Notes: generated from the sequence alone by a model not told the origin. A stretch of DNA of 64,000 nucleotides from Candidatus Latescibacterota bacterium (GCA_965208835.1 OZ242358.1:3872001-3936000); one strand, 5' to 3'. Counted from the stretch's first letter, positions 50,283 through 60,871 are shown. Numbers and translations are program-made.

Positions 50283-50385
50283 CGTTACATCAGGCGACAG
50301 CGGCTGCCCGAAATTACCGCCTTTCGCGGTCGATCCGGATCCGACTTCATCGTGCAACGAGATTGACAGATATCCTGACGGAACG

Positions 50386-53300
50386 TCATTTCAACAGCAC
50401 CATCTTCCTCACGGCCGTGAACTTGCCCCCATCCACCGCCAGGCGGCTGCAGTAGACACCGCTGGATACTTCCTGCCCCGAGTCGTCCATCCCGTCCCAG
50501 GTTATCTGGTAATAACCGGCCTGCCGTTTTCCCTCTGCCAGCACGCGTATGCGTTGTCCTAACAGATTGTAGACAATCAGCGAGACGTCACCCGCCTCGG
50601 GTAACTGGTAAGCAATCTGGCATTCGATATTGAACGGGTTCGGAAAATTCTGATACAGGGCGTATTCACCGGGTTCGGCCGGGGCGTCCCCGAGGAAGCG
50701 GCCGGCGATCTTCCATCCCGTCACTTCGCCCGCGTCGGTCCCAATCACGACGCCGTCTCCAATTCTCAGGATGCGGGTCGGCTTCCCCGAAACCCTTCCA
50801 AGACCCCGGACCTCGCCGGATCCATCCAACACAATGATGCTGCCGTCCTCGCAGCCGGTCACGACCCAGGACGCTTCATTGGCACGCAGGTACGCCAGTA
50901 CCGTGGGCGGGCTGTGAAGCCGCCGTGTCCATACCCGATTGCAACGCGCATCCAGTGCCACCACGAGTCCCTTCGACGTGGCCGCGAGGATTTCTTTCTT
51001 CCCGTCTCCGTTCAGGTCTCCGATGGCCAAGTCGCGCATATTCTGCGCGGGAATCCGATTCCCCGGGCCGAAGTTTGCATTATAGAGGGCGGCGCCGTTC
51101 TCATTCCACACGGTGACCCGGTTCCAGGTACCGTTGATCTCGCTGATCACCTCTTTCGCCCCGTCGCCGTCCAGATCTTCGTACAGGATGTGTTTCCGGC
51201 TCATCGAGGCCCATCCGCCAATATACGTGTGGCCAGCCGGAACACCGGCGAACCGACCCCGGGTCACCTGCGCCGACCGACTGTTCACCACCGACAAAGC
51301 GTGCGAATCCGTGGGCTGTCGTGCGATCAGGAGATCGACGCCGCCCCTTGGACTCTGAATCAGTGCGAACCGGGTTCCGGGCCCCCAGAACACCGGCAAC
51401 CTCTCCTCGAGCTCTCCCCTGCCATTCAGGATTTCCAGCGTACACGCGCTTCCCACGAATGCCTGGCTCTTCCCGTTTCGAAAGATTCCGGTATGCAGCC
51501 CGTGGATCCCCTCGTGGCCCGGCGCCGTCTTGAACCAGTAGGTCTTCCCGGCCCGGTAGACCGCCGGGTGCATTTCGGACACGAACGTCCACCGGCGTCT
51601 TCCCTCCAGGTCGAATGCGATCACCTGTTCGTCCCTGCACCCCACGAGCAACAGCTGGAAAGCATCCCACCATGCCATCGCCCTGATAGGGGCGTCCGTT
51701 CTGAAAAACCGACCCTCACGGCCATCCTGTGTCAACAGATGGACCCCGCTTTCCGCCGCGACTCCGATCCACGTCTCACCTTCGGCCGTGAAGGAAATCA
51801 TGTCCGTCACGGGGCCGCCGATCCGCGTTCTCAGAAATAGAGGCGCGGGCGGACCCTCCGGCGCTACCCGAGCATCAGGAAGTTCTGCGTCCCGGCGGCG
51901 CGACGCCCTGGCCTGCGACAACATCCTGCTGAGCCTGTCGACCGTTTCGGCGAGCACGCCCGGATCCGGCGTCGCGCCAGTCAATTCGTGCCGACCCTCC
52001 GTCACATCGAACACGGCGCCGCTATCAGAATCGGCAAGGATCGGCAGCGGAACGCCGTCCATGACGACGTCCGACGGTTCGGCGAAGGACGCGCGGATGC
52101 GTGTTTCTTCCCTGGCCGTGAACACCGCCGATCCCGTGTGAAAATCCCAGTCCAGATCGACTGGCGCATCTGCTGCAAACAGAATTCCCGGTAAACCCGC
52201 GGTTTTCAAGTCCTTCCCGAAGAGGTGATCGCCGGCCAGCAGGACAAGGTCGCCCGCAATGCCGGCATATTCACCACAGACGGCGATGGCCGGCTCGGGA
52301 AGACCCAGTGCCGCCGCCTGCGTTCCGAGCCGCAGGCAGGAGACCGGAACTCCGGCCGCGCCGTTATCAGCAATAAGAGAAAAAAAGGTGCGCTCCTCGC
52401 CGGAGGATACGGCGCCCGTCCAGACCAGGGACGCCGTTCTCCCGTTCAGCGTTATTTCTACCGGGTCGGAGGCCCGGATTCCAAAGCGCACGCCGCCGGT
52501 CTCGATGTGCGACTCGCCGCCCGCTGCAATCGAACGCCACCGACCCGGCGCCGTCCATTCCGTTCTCACTTCGAGATTCGCACTATCCGTCCGGAATTTC
52601 AGTCGGTCCACGAACAGCGCATACCTGCCCACGCGTTGCATCAGGGCACGGCGCCAGCTGCAGAACGAAGCATCGGGGACCTCGGCGACGGCCACGGCCG
52701 TCCTACCGACTACGTCCCGATAGCGAAGCGCAGCGTCCATCGGACTGTGCGGCTCCACAATTCCGTCGGCCCCAGTCAGCACCTGATTTCCGTACCCCTG
52801 AAGTATAGTTTCTCCGTCGAGGCGGAGTTCCAGAACCGCGAACGAGTGGTAGGGATTCCGGGACGCTCCGTTCAGCCCGTCGATCAGGACATAATCGCCC
52901 GTCCCGTCGCTCGTGCTTCGAAAACTCCCGAATTGAAACGAGTCCGAAAGCGGCAGCCCGCTCGCGCGTCGTTTCCACATTGGCTCGGGCAACTCGAGGA
53001 CGCTCCACTGTTGGACGAGATCGGTCGGCTGAGCCGGAACAAGGCCGGGCTCCGGCCAGAAAGACTGCCCCAGTCGGAACGCATCCAGGTTCACCCCCGT
53101 CCTGCGCGCGTATTCCAGATATCGCCCGTCACCCGTGAGATATGCGGCCTTGTGAAGATATCCGATAGACGCGTAACGAAGTGCCCAGTCGGGCTCGCGG
53201 CCGGATATCAGGATCTCCTGCCCGCGCAGCAGAGTTTCAAGAACGCCGTTCCGCAGCGCCGCCCGATCCCCCGAGATCAGCATATATGTGAGAATCGGGG

Positions 53301-54510
53301 CGATGCCTGTGCTGTACCAATACAGATTGTCGGCTTCGCCCATCACCCACGCGTGGTGACGTAGAGGAGAGAATTGCCATTCGGCCGCCCACATGCATTG
53401 CTGCCACAGCGGGTGCGGATAGTCCTTTTGAAAGTATCGGCCGAGACAATAAAGCGCAACGGCGGCCCACTGGTGGTGCCGCGTACCGACGCCTGAGGGC
53501 GGCGTGTCATAGGCCTCTCTGCCCGTATCCAGATTCCGTACGATCATCGCGGTCCGGCTCTGCCCATAGGGATCGTGCGAAAACTGCTTCGCGAACGCGT
53601 TGGTGATCCGCAGCCGCTGTTCGTCCGTGAAGACCGGACTCTCCTCGATCAGGTCCCAGAAGAGGATCAGCATATGCGCGGTGTAATGGTATGGACCGCT
53701 GAGGGGCTCATCCTTGTTCTCGATCCTCTCACCGTCGATCGCCGCGATCCGGGCCCTCGCCGCGGCGTCCGGAAATGCCAGTCGCAGAAATTCCCGCGCA
53801 TGGCGTTCCTCACCGGTCATATAGTACATCGCCATGTGTTTACTGATGCTGTTCCACCCGAAATACCCCACGGACCGGTAACCCGCGGAGGCCTCCCAGG
53901 TTTCGAATTCCTGGAGTTCTTCCGGTACCTGAATGGCCTTTCCAAGACGGATCTCCATCATCCAGCCCAGCGACAGGTCGGCGCCATTGCCGTCGCTTTC
54001 GGCAACCTTTCGAATAATGACGTCTGCCGCCTGACCCACCCCGGTGGCATCGCTCCCGCCGACCGTAATCACGTTGCGACCGTTTCCGAAGGGATTGTGA
54101 AGCGAACGCACGTCGTAGCCGCCCGGACCGGGGTATTTCAAGTCCAGCAGCGTGTAGTATCGATCGTACAGTGCGGAAATGGTGCGATTCGTGGACCTGT
54201 TGCCCAGCAATATCAGGTTTTCTACAATCGGCGCCGAACCGGCGGGTGAATCGTCCCGCGCCAGGGGAACCTGCACCCCGGTGCGTTCAAGAATTGCCCG
54301 CTGGATACCCGCCGCTTGGGCGTCATAGACTCCGTTTGACGGGACCACGATCGTCGCGGCCGCCCGTCCGTCCTCCACGAGTACGGTATTCAGGTACATG
54401 TCTTTGAGGCGCTCATACACCGGCGGGATTGACGCGGGATTCGCGTGAAGGGACGTTGTCGCAGATGAAAGGAGAAGGAGAAGGAGAAGGACAACCGCGT
54501 GCGGAACCAT
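50386..54510 (-). CDS. Large secreted protein: putative lyase/heparinase-like core + beta-propeller + FlgD-Ig/T9SS-like C-terminal domain
   Basis: Leu-rich signal peptide; FG-GAP-like DLDGDGAKE and DLNGDGKKEI; C-terminal QNFPNPFN...WDG.D..G..VSSGVY...RKMVLLK. Catalytic assignment is tentative. Confidence 0.65.
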   Translation of the reverse strand: MVPHAVVLLLLLLLSSATTSLHANPASIPPVYERLKDMYLNTVLVEDGRAAATIVVPSNGVYDAQAAGIQRAILERTGVQVPLARDDSPAGSAPIVENLILLGNRSTNRTISALYDRYYTLLDLKYPGPGGYDVRSLHNPFGNGRNVITVGGSDATGVGQAADVIIRKVAESDGNGADLSLGWMMEIRLGKAIQVPEELQEFETWEASAGYRSVGYFGWNSISKHMAMYYMTGEERHAREFLRLAFPDAAARARIAAIDGERIENKDEPLSGPYHYTAHMLILFWDLIEESPVFTDEQRLRITNAFAKQFSHDPYGQSRTAMIVRNLDTGREAYDTPPSGVGTRHHQWAAVALYCLGRYFQKDYPHPLWQQCMWAAEWQFSPLRHHAWVMGEADNLYWYSTGIAPILTYMLISGDRAALRNGVLETLLRGQEILISGREPDWALRYASIGYLHKAAYLTGDGRYLEYARRTGVNLDAFRLGQSFWPEPGLVPAQPTDLVQQWSVLELPEPMWKRRASGLPLSDSFQFGSFRSTSDGTGDYVLIDGLNGASRNPYHSFAVLELRLDGETILQGYGNQVLTGADGIVEPHSPMDAALRYRDVVGRTAVAVAEVPDASFCSWRRALMQRVGRYALFVDRLKFRTDSANLEVRTEWTAPGRWRSIAAGGESHIETGGVRFGIRASDPVEITLNGRTASLVWTGAVSSGEERTFFSLIADNGAAGVPVSCLRLGTQAAALGLPEPAIAVCGEYAGIAGDLVLLAGDHLFGKDLKTAGLPGILFAADAPVDLDWDFHTGSAVFTAREETRIRASFAEPSDVVMDGVPLPILADSDSGAVFDVTEGRHELTGATPDPGVLAETVDRLSRMLSQARASRRRDAELPDARVAPEGPPAPLFLRTRIGGPVTDMISFTAEGETWIGVAAESGVHLLTQDGREGRFFRTDAPIRAMAWWDAFQLLLVGCRDEQVIAFDLEGRRRWTFVSEMHPAVYRAGKTYWFKTAPGHEGIHGLHTGIFRNGKSQAFVGSACTLEILNGRGELEERLPVFWGPGTRFALIQSPRGGVDLLIARQPTDSHALSVVNSRSAQVTRGRFAGVPAGHTYIGGWASMSRKHILYEDLDGDGAKEVISEINGTWNRVTVWNENGAALYNANFGPGNRIPAQNMRDLAIGDLNGDGKKEILAATSKGLVVALDARCNRVWTRRLHSPPTVLAYLRANEASWVVTGCEDGSIIVLDGSGEVRGLGRVSGKPTRILRIGDGVVIGTDAGEVTGWKIAGRFLGDAPAEPGEYALYQNFPNPFNIECQIAYQLPEAGDVSLIVYNLLGQRIRVLAEGKRQAGYYQITWDGMDDSGQEVSSGVYCSRLAVDGGKFTAVRKMVLLK

Positions 54511-54754
54511 TTCCACGTTCCTCTTTCGCGCCCTGACGCACCTGCGGGCGCGAGGGCGGTCAATAAGCCGTAACAACACAGGGTCGCAGAAATATAGCCA
54601 GTTTAAGGTCCAATGTGTAGTCGTACCTATTCGGCAGTCGCATAGACAGGGCGCGCGAGGGACTCTTCACCCTCCATGTCTGGACCCCCGATACCTTGCG
54701 TGACCACCGTCATTCGGCTATCTTTTGGCTTGAATCAAGCAGGAAGGAGAAAAC

Positions 54755-55618
54755 ATGCAATACCGCGAATTCGGCAATACGGGCATCCATGTCAGCGAGG
54801 TCAGCCTGGGAGGCGCGTACATCGGAGGACGGGACCCCGAACGCGAGCGGGAAAACGCGGTTGAGATCGTCCAGCGTGCGGACGAACTGGGAATCAACTA
54901 TATCGACACCGCGCCGCTTTACGGCAAGAGCGAAGCGCTGTTCGGGTACGCCCTCGAAGCCGCCGGCGCCCGCCTGCATGTCGCCACAAAGTTAGGGTTT
55001 GACCCCAAAGACTTCGACTATCGGCGTGACAGCGTATTGCGAAGCCTGGAACGAAGCCTGAAGCGGCTGCGCATATCCAGGCTTTTTTCGGCCCAGATCC
55101 ATCAGGTGAGCGAAGCCGGCTGGGAACGCATCGTGGAACGGGGCGGGACCCTGGAGGGGCTGCGGGAGGCGCAGAAACGCGGCCTGTGCGACCACATCGG
55201 CATAACGGACCGGGCCATTCCCCTTCTGGCGAAACTCGCTCGCACGGGTGAGTTCGAGACCCTTCTTGTTTTTCACGATTACCACCCCTGTTCGCAAAAG
55301 GCCGCCGATGAGGTCATACCGGCGGCAGCCGCAAGCGGGATGGGTATTGTGGTTGCCACAGTGCTCGCCGGAGGGCTGTTCTCCGACGAACCCCGGCGAA
55401 GGGCGGCACTTGAAAACCTGCAGGATCCGGGCGACCGGGCCAACGCGGAAGCGATCATTGGACGCCTCCGGGATAAACCGGGGACCGTGCCCCGGAATGC
55501 GTTCCGATATGTACTGGCGGACGCGAGGGTCAGCACGGTATCGAGCGGCGCGGCGAACGCGGCCGAACTGGACGACGTAGCCCTCGCGTCGGAGATGGGT
55601 CCGCTTCGGTTGGGCTGA
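54755..55618 (+). CDS. Aldo/keto reductase
   Basis: YR.FG.TG..VS.V.LG, IDTAPLYG.SE, VATKLG, QIH catalytic tetrad. Confidence 0.9.
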   Translation: MQYREFGNTGIHVSEVSLGGAYIGGRDPERERENAVEIVQRADELGINYIDTAPLYGKSEALFGYALEAAGARLHVATKLGFDPKDFDYRRDSVLRSLERSLKRLRISRLFSAQIHQVSEAGWERIVERGGTLEGLREAQKRGLCDHIGITDRAIPLLAKLARTGEFETLLVFHDYHPCSQKAADEVIPAAAASGMGIVVATVLAGGLFSDEPRRRAALENLQDPGDRANAEAIIGRLRDKPGTVPRNAFRYVLADARVSTVSSGAANAAELDDVALASEMGPLRLG

Positions 55619-55782
55619 GCCGGCTTGAAGCCCGGGTGTTGGCGCATACGATGCGCCTGATGTATTTCAGGGAACCGTCTCCCGTCGCCTGGTGTCTTTC
55701 ATGGGCGCGTGATCGACTGTAACGCCCATGGATGCCTCGTTTAATACGTTGGTGCGCATTGTTCCGCACGGAGGGTCGCAAG

Positions 55783-58248
55783 ATGAGGAACTTTCTGGCT
55801 TTCGCGATAACATGCGTTCTTGGTACGGCTGGCGCAGCCCCAGTCGAAGCGACCGATTCCATCCAAACGTCAGCTGACGGTCTTTACCGCGAGGGCATGC
55901 GGTTGTTCGAAGCTGGAGACCCGGACGCCGCGCTGCGGAAATTCAGGCAAGCGCTGGGAATAAGCAGGAAACACGCGCCTTCGTTGGTCGGGATCGGCCA
56001 CGTGTATCTGCGGCGTGACGACCTGGATGCGGCCGAAGACGCGTTTATGGATGCCAGGCGCCGGCAAAGGAAATACGGCCCCGCCCACAATGGGTTGGGG
56101 CTGGTGTACATGAGGAAAGAAAAGGGGTTGCAGTGGGCGATCAAATACTTCCAGGATGCGATTTCAATGGACCGAGCCTATGCCGAGGCCTACTACAATC
56201 TTGCAAGGGCCTACCGTGAGATTGGCGACACCAAAGAGTTGATGGCGTACAGGCGACTTTCAAATATCGCACCGGAGCATCCGGATGTCTGGTTTCGCAT
56301 CGGTCGCATCTACAAGAATGGCGAAGCGGGAGAGTATGTCCAGGGCGAAAAGGCGGAAATGGCCTTTCGAAGGCAACTCGAGGTCAACCCGGATCACGCG
56401 GAAGCCCGGCTGGAACTGGGGGAGGTATTGACCGAACTGGAAAGGGCTGATGAGGCCCTGCCGGTTCTCACGCCGCTTGTGGAATCCGGCAATCCCCTCC
56501 AGCAGCGGTCGCTCGTGGCGATTGCAGAAGCCTGCATGAAACAGCGCCAATTCGACCGCGCCGACGTCCTCTTCGACCGGTATCTCGAGGGCCTGGGAGC
56601 GGACACGCAGACCGTATATTTCGACCTGCGCGAAGTGGCGGAAAACGGTGAGCGGGAAAAATTCGAAGCCGCGCCCCCGGCGGAGTGGAAGGCACTTTCC
56701 GAGAAATACTGGTCCGGCCGGGATCCTGCCCCCGCAACGGCCGCGAACGAGCGAAAGCTGGAACATTACCGCCGCGTGGCATACTCGCTGGAGCATTTCG
56801 GAAAGGACCGGTTCCCCTGGGACGTGCGCGGAGACGTCTACGTGCGCTACGGCAGTCCCGCCCACGTGAGCAGTTCCGAGAATATCCGATTCGAAACGAA
56901 CCCGAAAGCGATCAGGATCAAGGAACGGATCGCACTGCATGCCGGCGACGCGCTTTCCCACATGCTCAGGGTGCGAAACAGCGAGACGACTTCCTACGGA
57001 GGCAGGGACGGAGATCTCGGCGAAGCGAGTGTTTTAGGGCCCGTCAGCGAGAATCTTCGTGAAATGGAGGAGGCGGGCGTCACGCGGACAGCTACCGGCG
57101 GATACAGGGCGATCCCGTTGAGCGACGGCTCGGGGGATCTTTCCGGTAAATTGCGGATGACGTCCAGCATTCTGGGCTGGCCGGTGTACCCCGTTTACGG
57201 AAAAGTCTGGGAATACTGGATTTATACGGACGTGGGGCCCGGGATGGAGATTACCTTCACCCGCACGCTGGGAAAGACGTCTTTCAAATTCGCCGATATG
57301 CCCAGCGGGAAGGGCGGACACTCCCGCCACCTGTATACCTGGCAGCGCATGAATCCCAAGTTGAAACTGGACCATGTAGGTCGCCGTGTGCCCACACTCT
57401 ACAGGCCCACATTCGCCACGGGTCCGCTTGCGTATTTCTTCGACTCCGCGGGCTTCAAGGGAGCGCAGGACGCTTCGAATCTTGAAGTGTACTATGGCAT
57501 ACCGCTCTGGGAGCTGTCCTTCTCCCCGGGGTTCGACGGAAAGCCAACGGCCCGACTGAAAAACGGCGTGGCGCTTTACAACGATGCGAACGAGCGGGTG
57601 CTGCGGAGAGACGCGGAATTCGAGTTGTTTTCCGACATGCCTGCGGATACTTCCCGGATGGCCTATGTTCCGGAGATGTTCCGGGTTTCGGCTCCGCCCG
57701 GCAGATACCGGATGTCCGTCCAGGTAATTGACACCGGTACGGGCAGATCGCAGGTCTACGAGCAGCACGTCGTGTTGCCGTCATTTGCCAGCGGTTATCT
57801 GAGGCTGAGCGGAATCCAGCTGGCTGCGTCCATCCAACCCGCGGAGGGCGATCGATTCCGAAAGGGTGACATCCAGGTCGTTCCCAATCCCACGCGGACG
57901 TATGAACGCGGGCAATCGGTTTTCATCTACTACGAGGTCTACAATCTGAAGCGGGATTCGTTCGGAGCCACGCGCTACCGGGTGTCCTACGAAATGCGGT
58001 CGGCGCTGAGCGAATCGATTGGCGCCCGTATTCGAAGTGGAATCGGGAAACTGATGAATATCCGGCAGCACAATCAGGCGTCGATTTCGATCGAATACGC
58101 CCATATCGGGAACCGTGCAGACGACCAGGGATACGTGGAGCTGGACATGGCGGCTTCCGATCCGGGAGAAAAGTTCGTGAGGGTGACCGTAACGGACCAG
58201 GTGTCCGGACAGACGACGACCGGAACCACGAGATTGACGATCAGGTAG
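55783..58248 (+). CDS. TPR + GWxTD-domain secreted protein (second paralog)
   Basis: Signal peptide, TPRs, YW..RDP.P.T..NE...EHYRRV.Y...WDVRGDVYVRYG.P, LSGI, VPNPTR.Y...VFIYYEVYNL. Confidence 0.85.
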   Translation: MRNFLAFAITCVLGTAGAAPVEATDSIQTSADGLYREGMRLFEAGDPDAALRKFRQALGISRKHAPSLVGIGHVYLRRDDLDAAEDAFMDARRRQRKYGPAHNGLGLVYMRKEKGLQWAIKYFQDAISMDRAYAEAYYNLARAYREIGDTKELMAYRRLSNIAPEHPDVWFRIGRIYKNGEAGEYVQGEKAEMAFRRQLEVNPDHAEARLELGEVLTELERADEALPVLTPLVESGNPLQQRSLVAIAEACMKQRQFDRADVLFDRYLEGLGADTQTVYFDLREVAENGEREKFEAAPPAEWKALSEKYWSGRDPAPATAANERKLEHYRRVAYSLEHFGKDRFPWDVRGDVYVRYGSPAHVSSSENIRFETNPKAIRIKERIALHAGDALSHMLRVRNSETTSYGGRDGDLGEASVLGPVSENLREMEEAGVTRTATGGYRAIPLSDGSGDLSGKLRMTSSILGWPVYPVYGKVWEYWIYTDVGPGMEITFTRTLGKTSFKFADMPSGKGGHSRHLYTWQRMNPKLKLDHVGRRVPTLYRPTFATGPLAYFFDSAGFKGAQDASNLEVYYGIPLWELSFSPGFDGKPTARLKNGVALYNDANERVLRRDAEFELFSDMPADTSRMAYVPEMFRVSAPPGRYRMSVQVIDTGTGRSQVYEQHVVLPSFASGYLRLSGIQLAASIQPAEGDRFRKGDIQVVPNPTRTYERGQSVFIYYEVYNLKRDSFGATRYRVSYEMRSALSESIGARIRSGIGKLMNIRQHNQASISIEYAHIGNRADDQGYVELDMAASDPGEKFVRVTVTDQVSGQTTTGTTRLTIR

Positions 58249-58346
58249 GGCTGACCTCATATGGACGATAGGGGCGGAGGGGACCGGGAGCAGCAGACGA
58301 CATCGGACCATTTCGGGCATCGACCACGTTTGTCACGGAGCGATCC

Positions 58347-60632
58347 ATGAACATCAACCCGCCAATCCGGCTGGTTCTGGCCCTCCTTCTGTGGGCCTGT
58401 TCGGAGGAAGAGGCGGCGGTTAGCCTTTCCGGAGCAGTGGCGCGCCCGGGTGCTTACGCCCACAAGCCGGAATGGACGGTGGCCGATTACGTAGAGGCCG
58501 CCGGCAGTTATACCGCGGAAGCGGTCGTTTCCGAGGGAAGGTTGATCCGGGTACAGCGGGACAGCGTGACCAACGAGGAGACGCTCCGGTCGTGGTGGCC
58601 ACTGGTATCGTCGCCACCGGTCTTCGCAGGGGACGTAATCGTCATCCCGTTTCGGACGTACGCGGTGCAGATGGATTCCGTACGGCCGGTGGAAAACCTG
58701 ACCATTCAATGGAAGGACAGGGAGTATCGGGTTCCGGAAGCGTGGCTGGCCGAAGGCCGGACCGACTCGGGGGTGATGGTTGCTTCCGTGATTGGTACCG
58801 GCACGGTCGTTGGAAGCGCAGAAGGAGAGATCCTGGGCAGGTTTCAGTATCTGTACCTGCATCTCCACCCCCATGTCTACGACGAATTGGCGCTGCCTGC
58901 CCGAAGCCCGGTTGAGAACGACATGATCCTGGAAGATGCCGTTGGTGTCCATCAGAGCGTTTTTCCCAGACTCCGCCACCGGTCCGGAGTACGCGCCGAG
59001 ATGCCGCCGGCCGGGTATTTGCGGGTACTGGCAGGCGTGTGGCCAAAACCCAAGAGCAAGACGATGCCCGGTTCGGGCATGCGCAGACGGAAATACAGGG
59101 ACGGACGAGAGTGGACCACGTTTCCGGATGGCAGGCAGCGAGTGGTCTTCCCGGACGGGCGGGTGGAAGTGGAATTGCCCGACGGAGCGCGGGAAAATCG
59201 CCATGCCGACGGCAGGATCGAAATGACGGACGCGCGGGGAAACGTTCGGGTGACCCATCCTGATGGAGGGATCGCTGCCACATTCGCGGACGGCAACCGG
59301 GAAGAACGATTTGCCGACGGGCGCATCGTTCAGCACTTCAAGACCGGAACAGAGCGGACGATTTTTCCTGACGGCAGCGAGACGACGCGATTTGAGGACG
59401 GCACCCTCCGCGTGAAGCGCAGGAATGGGACCGTTGAGATGACCTTTCCCGAGGGAATGAAGGAGACCCGTTATGCGGACGGTCGAATCGTTGCCATAAC
59501 CGGTGAAGGACACCGGGTCACCGTGTTCCCGAACGGACGGCGGCTTACCCGGACACGGGACGGTACGGTGCTGGAGGAATTCGCGGACGGGCGGCGGGTA
59601 CAACGGGGTCCGGACGGCGAGCGTGTGGAGGTATTTATAGACGGGACCAGGCGAACCTTCATGAAGGACGGCTCCTCGGTTATTGAGAAACCTGGAGGCG
59701 GCCGCGTCGAGCGCCATGCGGATGGCTTGACCGTAGAGATGTACCCGGACGGGCGCGAAGTGCAGACCGGTGCCGACGGCGTCCGCCTGGAGGTGTTTCC
59801 CGACGGCCGGGAAGTACAGACCGACGCCGGTGGCAACCGGCTGGAGACGTTTCCGGACGGACGGCGTCTTCAGAGCGACGCAAAGGGCAACCAGGTAGAG
59901 GAGTTTCCGGATGGGACGCGGATCAAGACCTTTGTGAATGCCTACAGGTACTGGGGACCGTTAAGGAATGATCTTGCGGACGTCGACGAAACACCGGGCC
60001 GACTGTCGCCAGGTGGTCGCCTGCGGGTGTCGGGCGCTTTAATTTCCGATCTCGACGACCTGCTGGCGACTGTCTTCCGGCTGCCCGATGGCAATGTGTT
60101 TGAGTCGCCGGTTGAGCGGGAGGAAGGGCGGTTTTCCTGTGTGTTCCCGGAAAGTGTCCTGACGAAATCCGGACATTACCGTGTACAGGTCCTGGCGCAA
60201 CTCGCCGAAGGGGCCGTCGTGGTCGCCGACCGGCCCCTGGTCGTTGGGCATCCGCCGCCGCTCGGGAGATTTGTACTCGCGGTCATGCCGTTTCGAGGCG
60301 CGGAAGACGCCCGGAGCCGGCTTTCGCGGATGATCAACGCGACGCGCAGCCGACTGGGACTGCCGGCGCTTAAGGCGCATCCACCGCTGATCGATGCGGC
60401 CCGGGCGAGGTTGTGGGATGTCCTGGCGTCTGGCGGCCCTGCGACCGAACGGACGCGCTGGGGCGCGGAGAGTATTACCCGGGGTCCTTCCCTTGAGGAA
60501 GTATTCACCTATATGATGCACAGCGCCGCCCAGAGGCGGAGCATTCTGAACCGTGAATGGAAGCACGTGGGCCTGGCCGTGGATCAGGACGGCGCAGAAA
60601 TCGTGGCCGTGGTGATTCTTGACAAGACCTAG
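58347..60632 (+). CDS. Lipoprotein with SLBB domain, ~30 nine-residue (P/A)DG repeats (Tcp10/CPAP-like) and a degenerate CAP domain
   Basis: Lipobox LWAC; V.LSGAV.RPG.Y...AG....GDVIVIP; (F/Y)PDG repeats at ~59080-59935; IN..R...GL..L...ILNREW..VG.AV. Confidence 0.72.
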   Translation: MNINPPIRLVLALLLWACSEEEAAVSLSGAVARPGAYAHKPEWTVADYVEAAGSYTAEAVVSEGRLIRVQRDSVTNEETLRSWWPLVSSPPVFAGDVIVIPFRTYAVQMDSVRPVENLTIQWKDREYRVPEAWLAEGRTDSGVMVASVIGTGTVVGSAEGEILGRFQYLYLHLHPHVYDELALPARSPVENDMILEDAVGVHQSVFPRLRHRSGVRAEMPPAGYLRVLAGVWPKPKSKTMPGSGMRRRKYRDGREWTTFPDGRQRVVFPDGRVEVELPDGARENRHADGRIEMTDARGNVRVTHPDGGIAATFADGNREERFADGRIVQHFKTGTERTIFPDGSETTRFEDGTLRVKRRNGTVEMTFPEGMKETRYADGRIVAITGEGHRVTVFPNGRRLTRTRDGTVLEEFADGRRVQRGPDGERVEVFIDGTRRTFMKDGSSVIEKPGGGRVERHADGLTVEMYPDGREVQTGADGVRLEVFPDGREVQTDAGGNRLETFPDGRRLQSDAKGNQVEEFPDGTRIKTFVNAYRYWGPLRNDLADVDETPGRLSPGGRLRVSGALISDLDDLLATVFRLPDGNVFESPVEREEGRFSCVFPESVLTKSGHYRVQVLAQLAEGAVVVADRPLVVGHPPPLGRFVLAVMPFRGAEDARSRLSRMINATRSRLGLPALKAHPPLIDAARARLWDVLASGGPATERTRWGAESITRGPSLEEVFTYMMHSAAQRRSILNREWKHVGLAVDQDGAEIVAVVILDKT

Positions 60633-60837
60633 TGTTCTGTCCCCACAGCAAGTTGCCTAAATTCGACCGCCGAGTCGCCCGGCTCGCATCCTTCGACAGG
60701 CTCAGGAACCAGCGCTTGAGCGCAGGCGACCTGCGTAGGGTCGGCGAGCGAGGGGAACGTCGCGAGACGGGATGAATCGTCGGTCGAATGGTGAGGAATT
60801 TTCGGGACAGGACACCAGCGTGGACGATGCGGATATG

Positions 60838-60871
60838 AAAAGGGCCGACGTGAATTTGTCGGCCCTTTTTT
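60838..60871. terminator. Bidirectional Rho-independent terminator
   Basis: aaaagggccgac-gtgaattt-gtcggccctttttt. Confidence 0.75.

Noticed and set aside
54469-54491. (AAGGAG)n hexamer repeat as a phase-variation site
   Set aside because: The unit is a multiple of 3 and only encodes the Leu run of a signal peptide.
58257-59717. 486-aa minus-strand ORF
   Set aside because: Antisense to the PDG-repeat lipoprotein.
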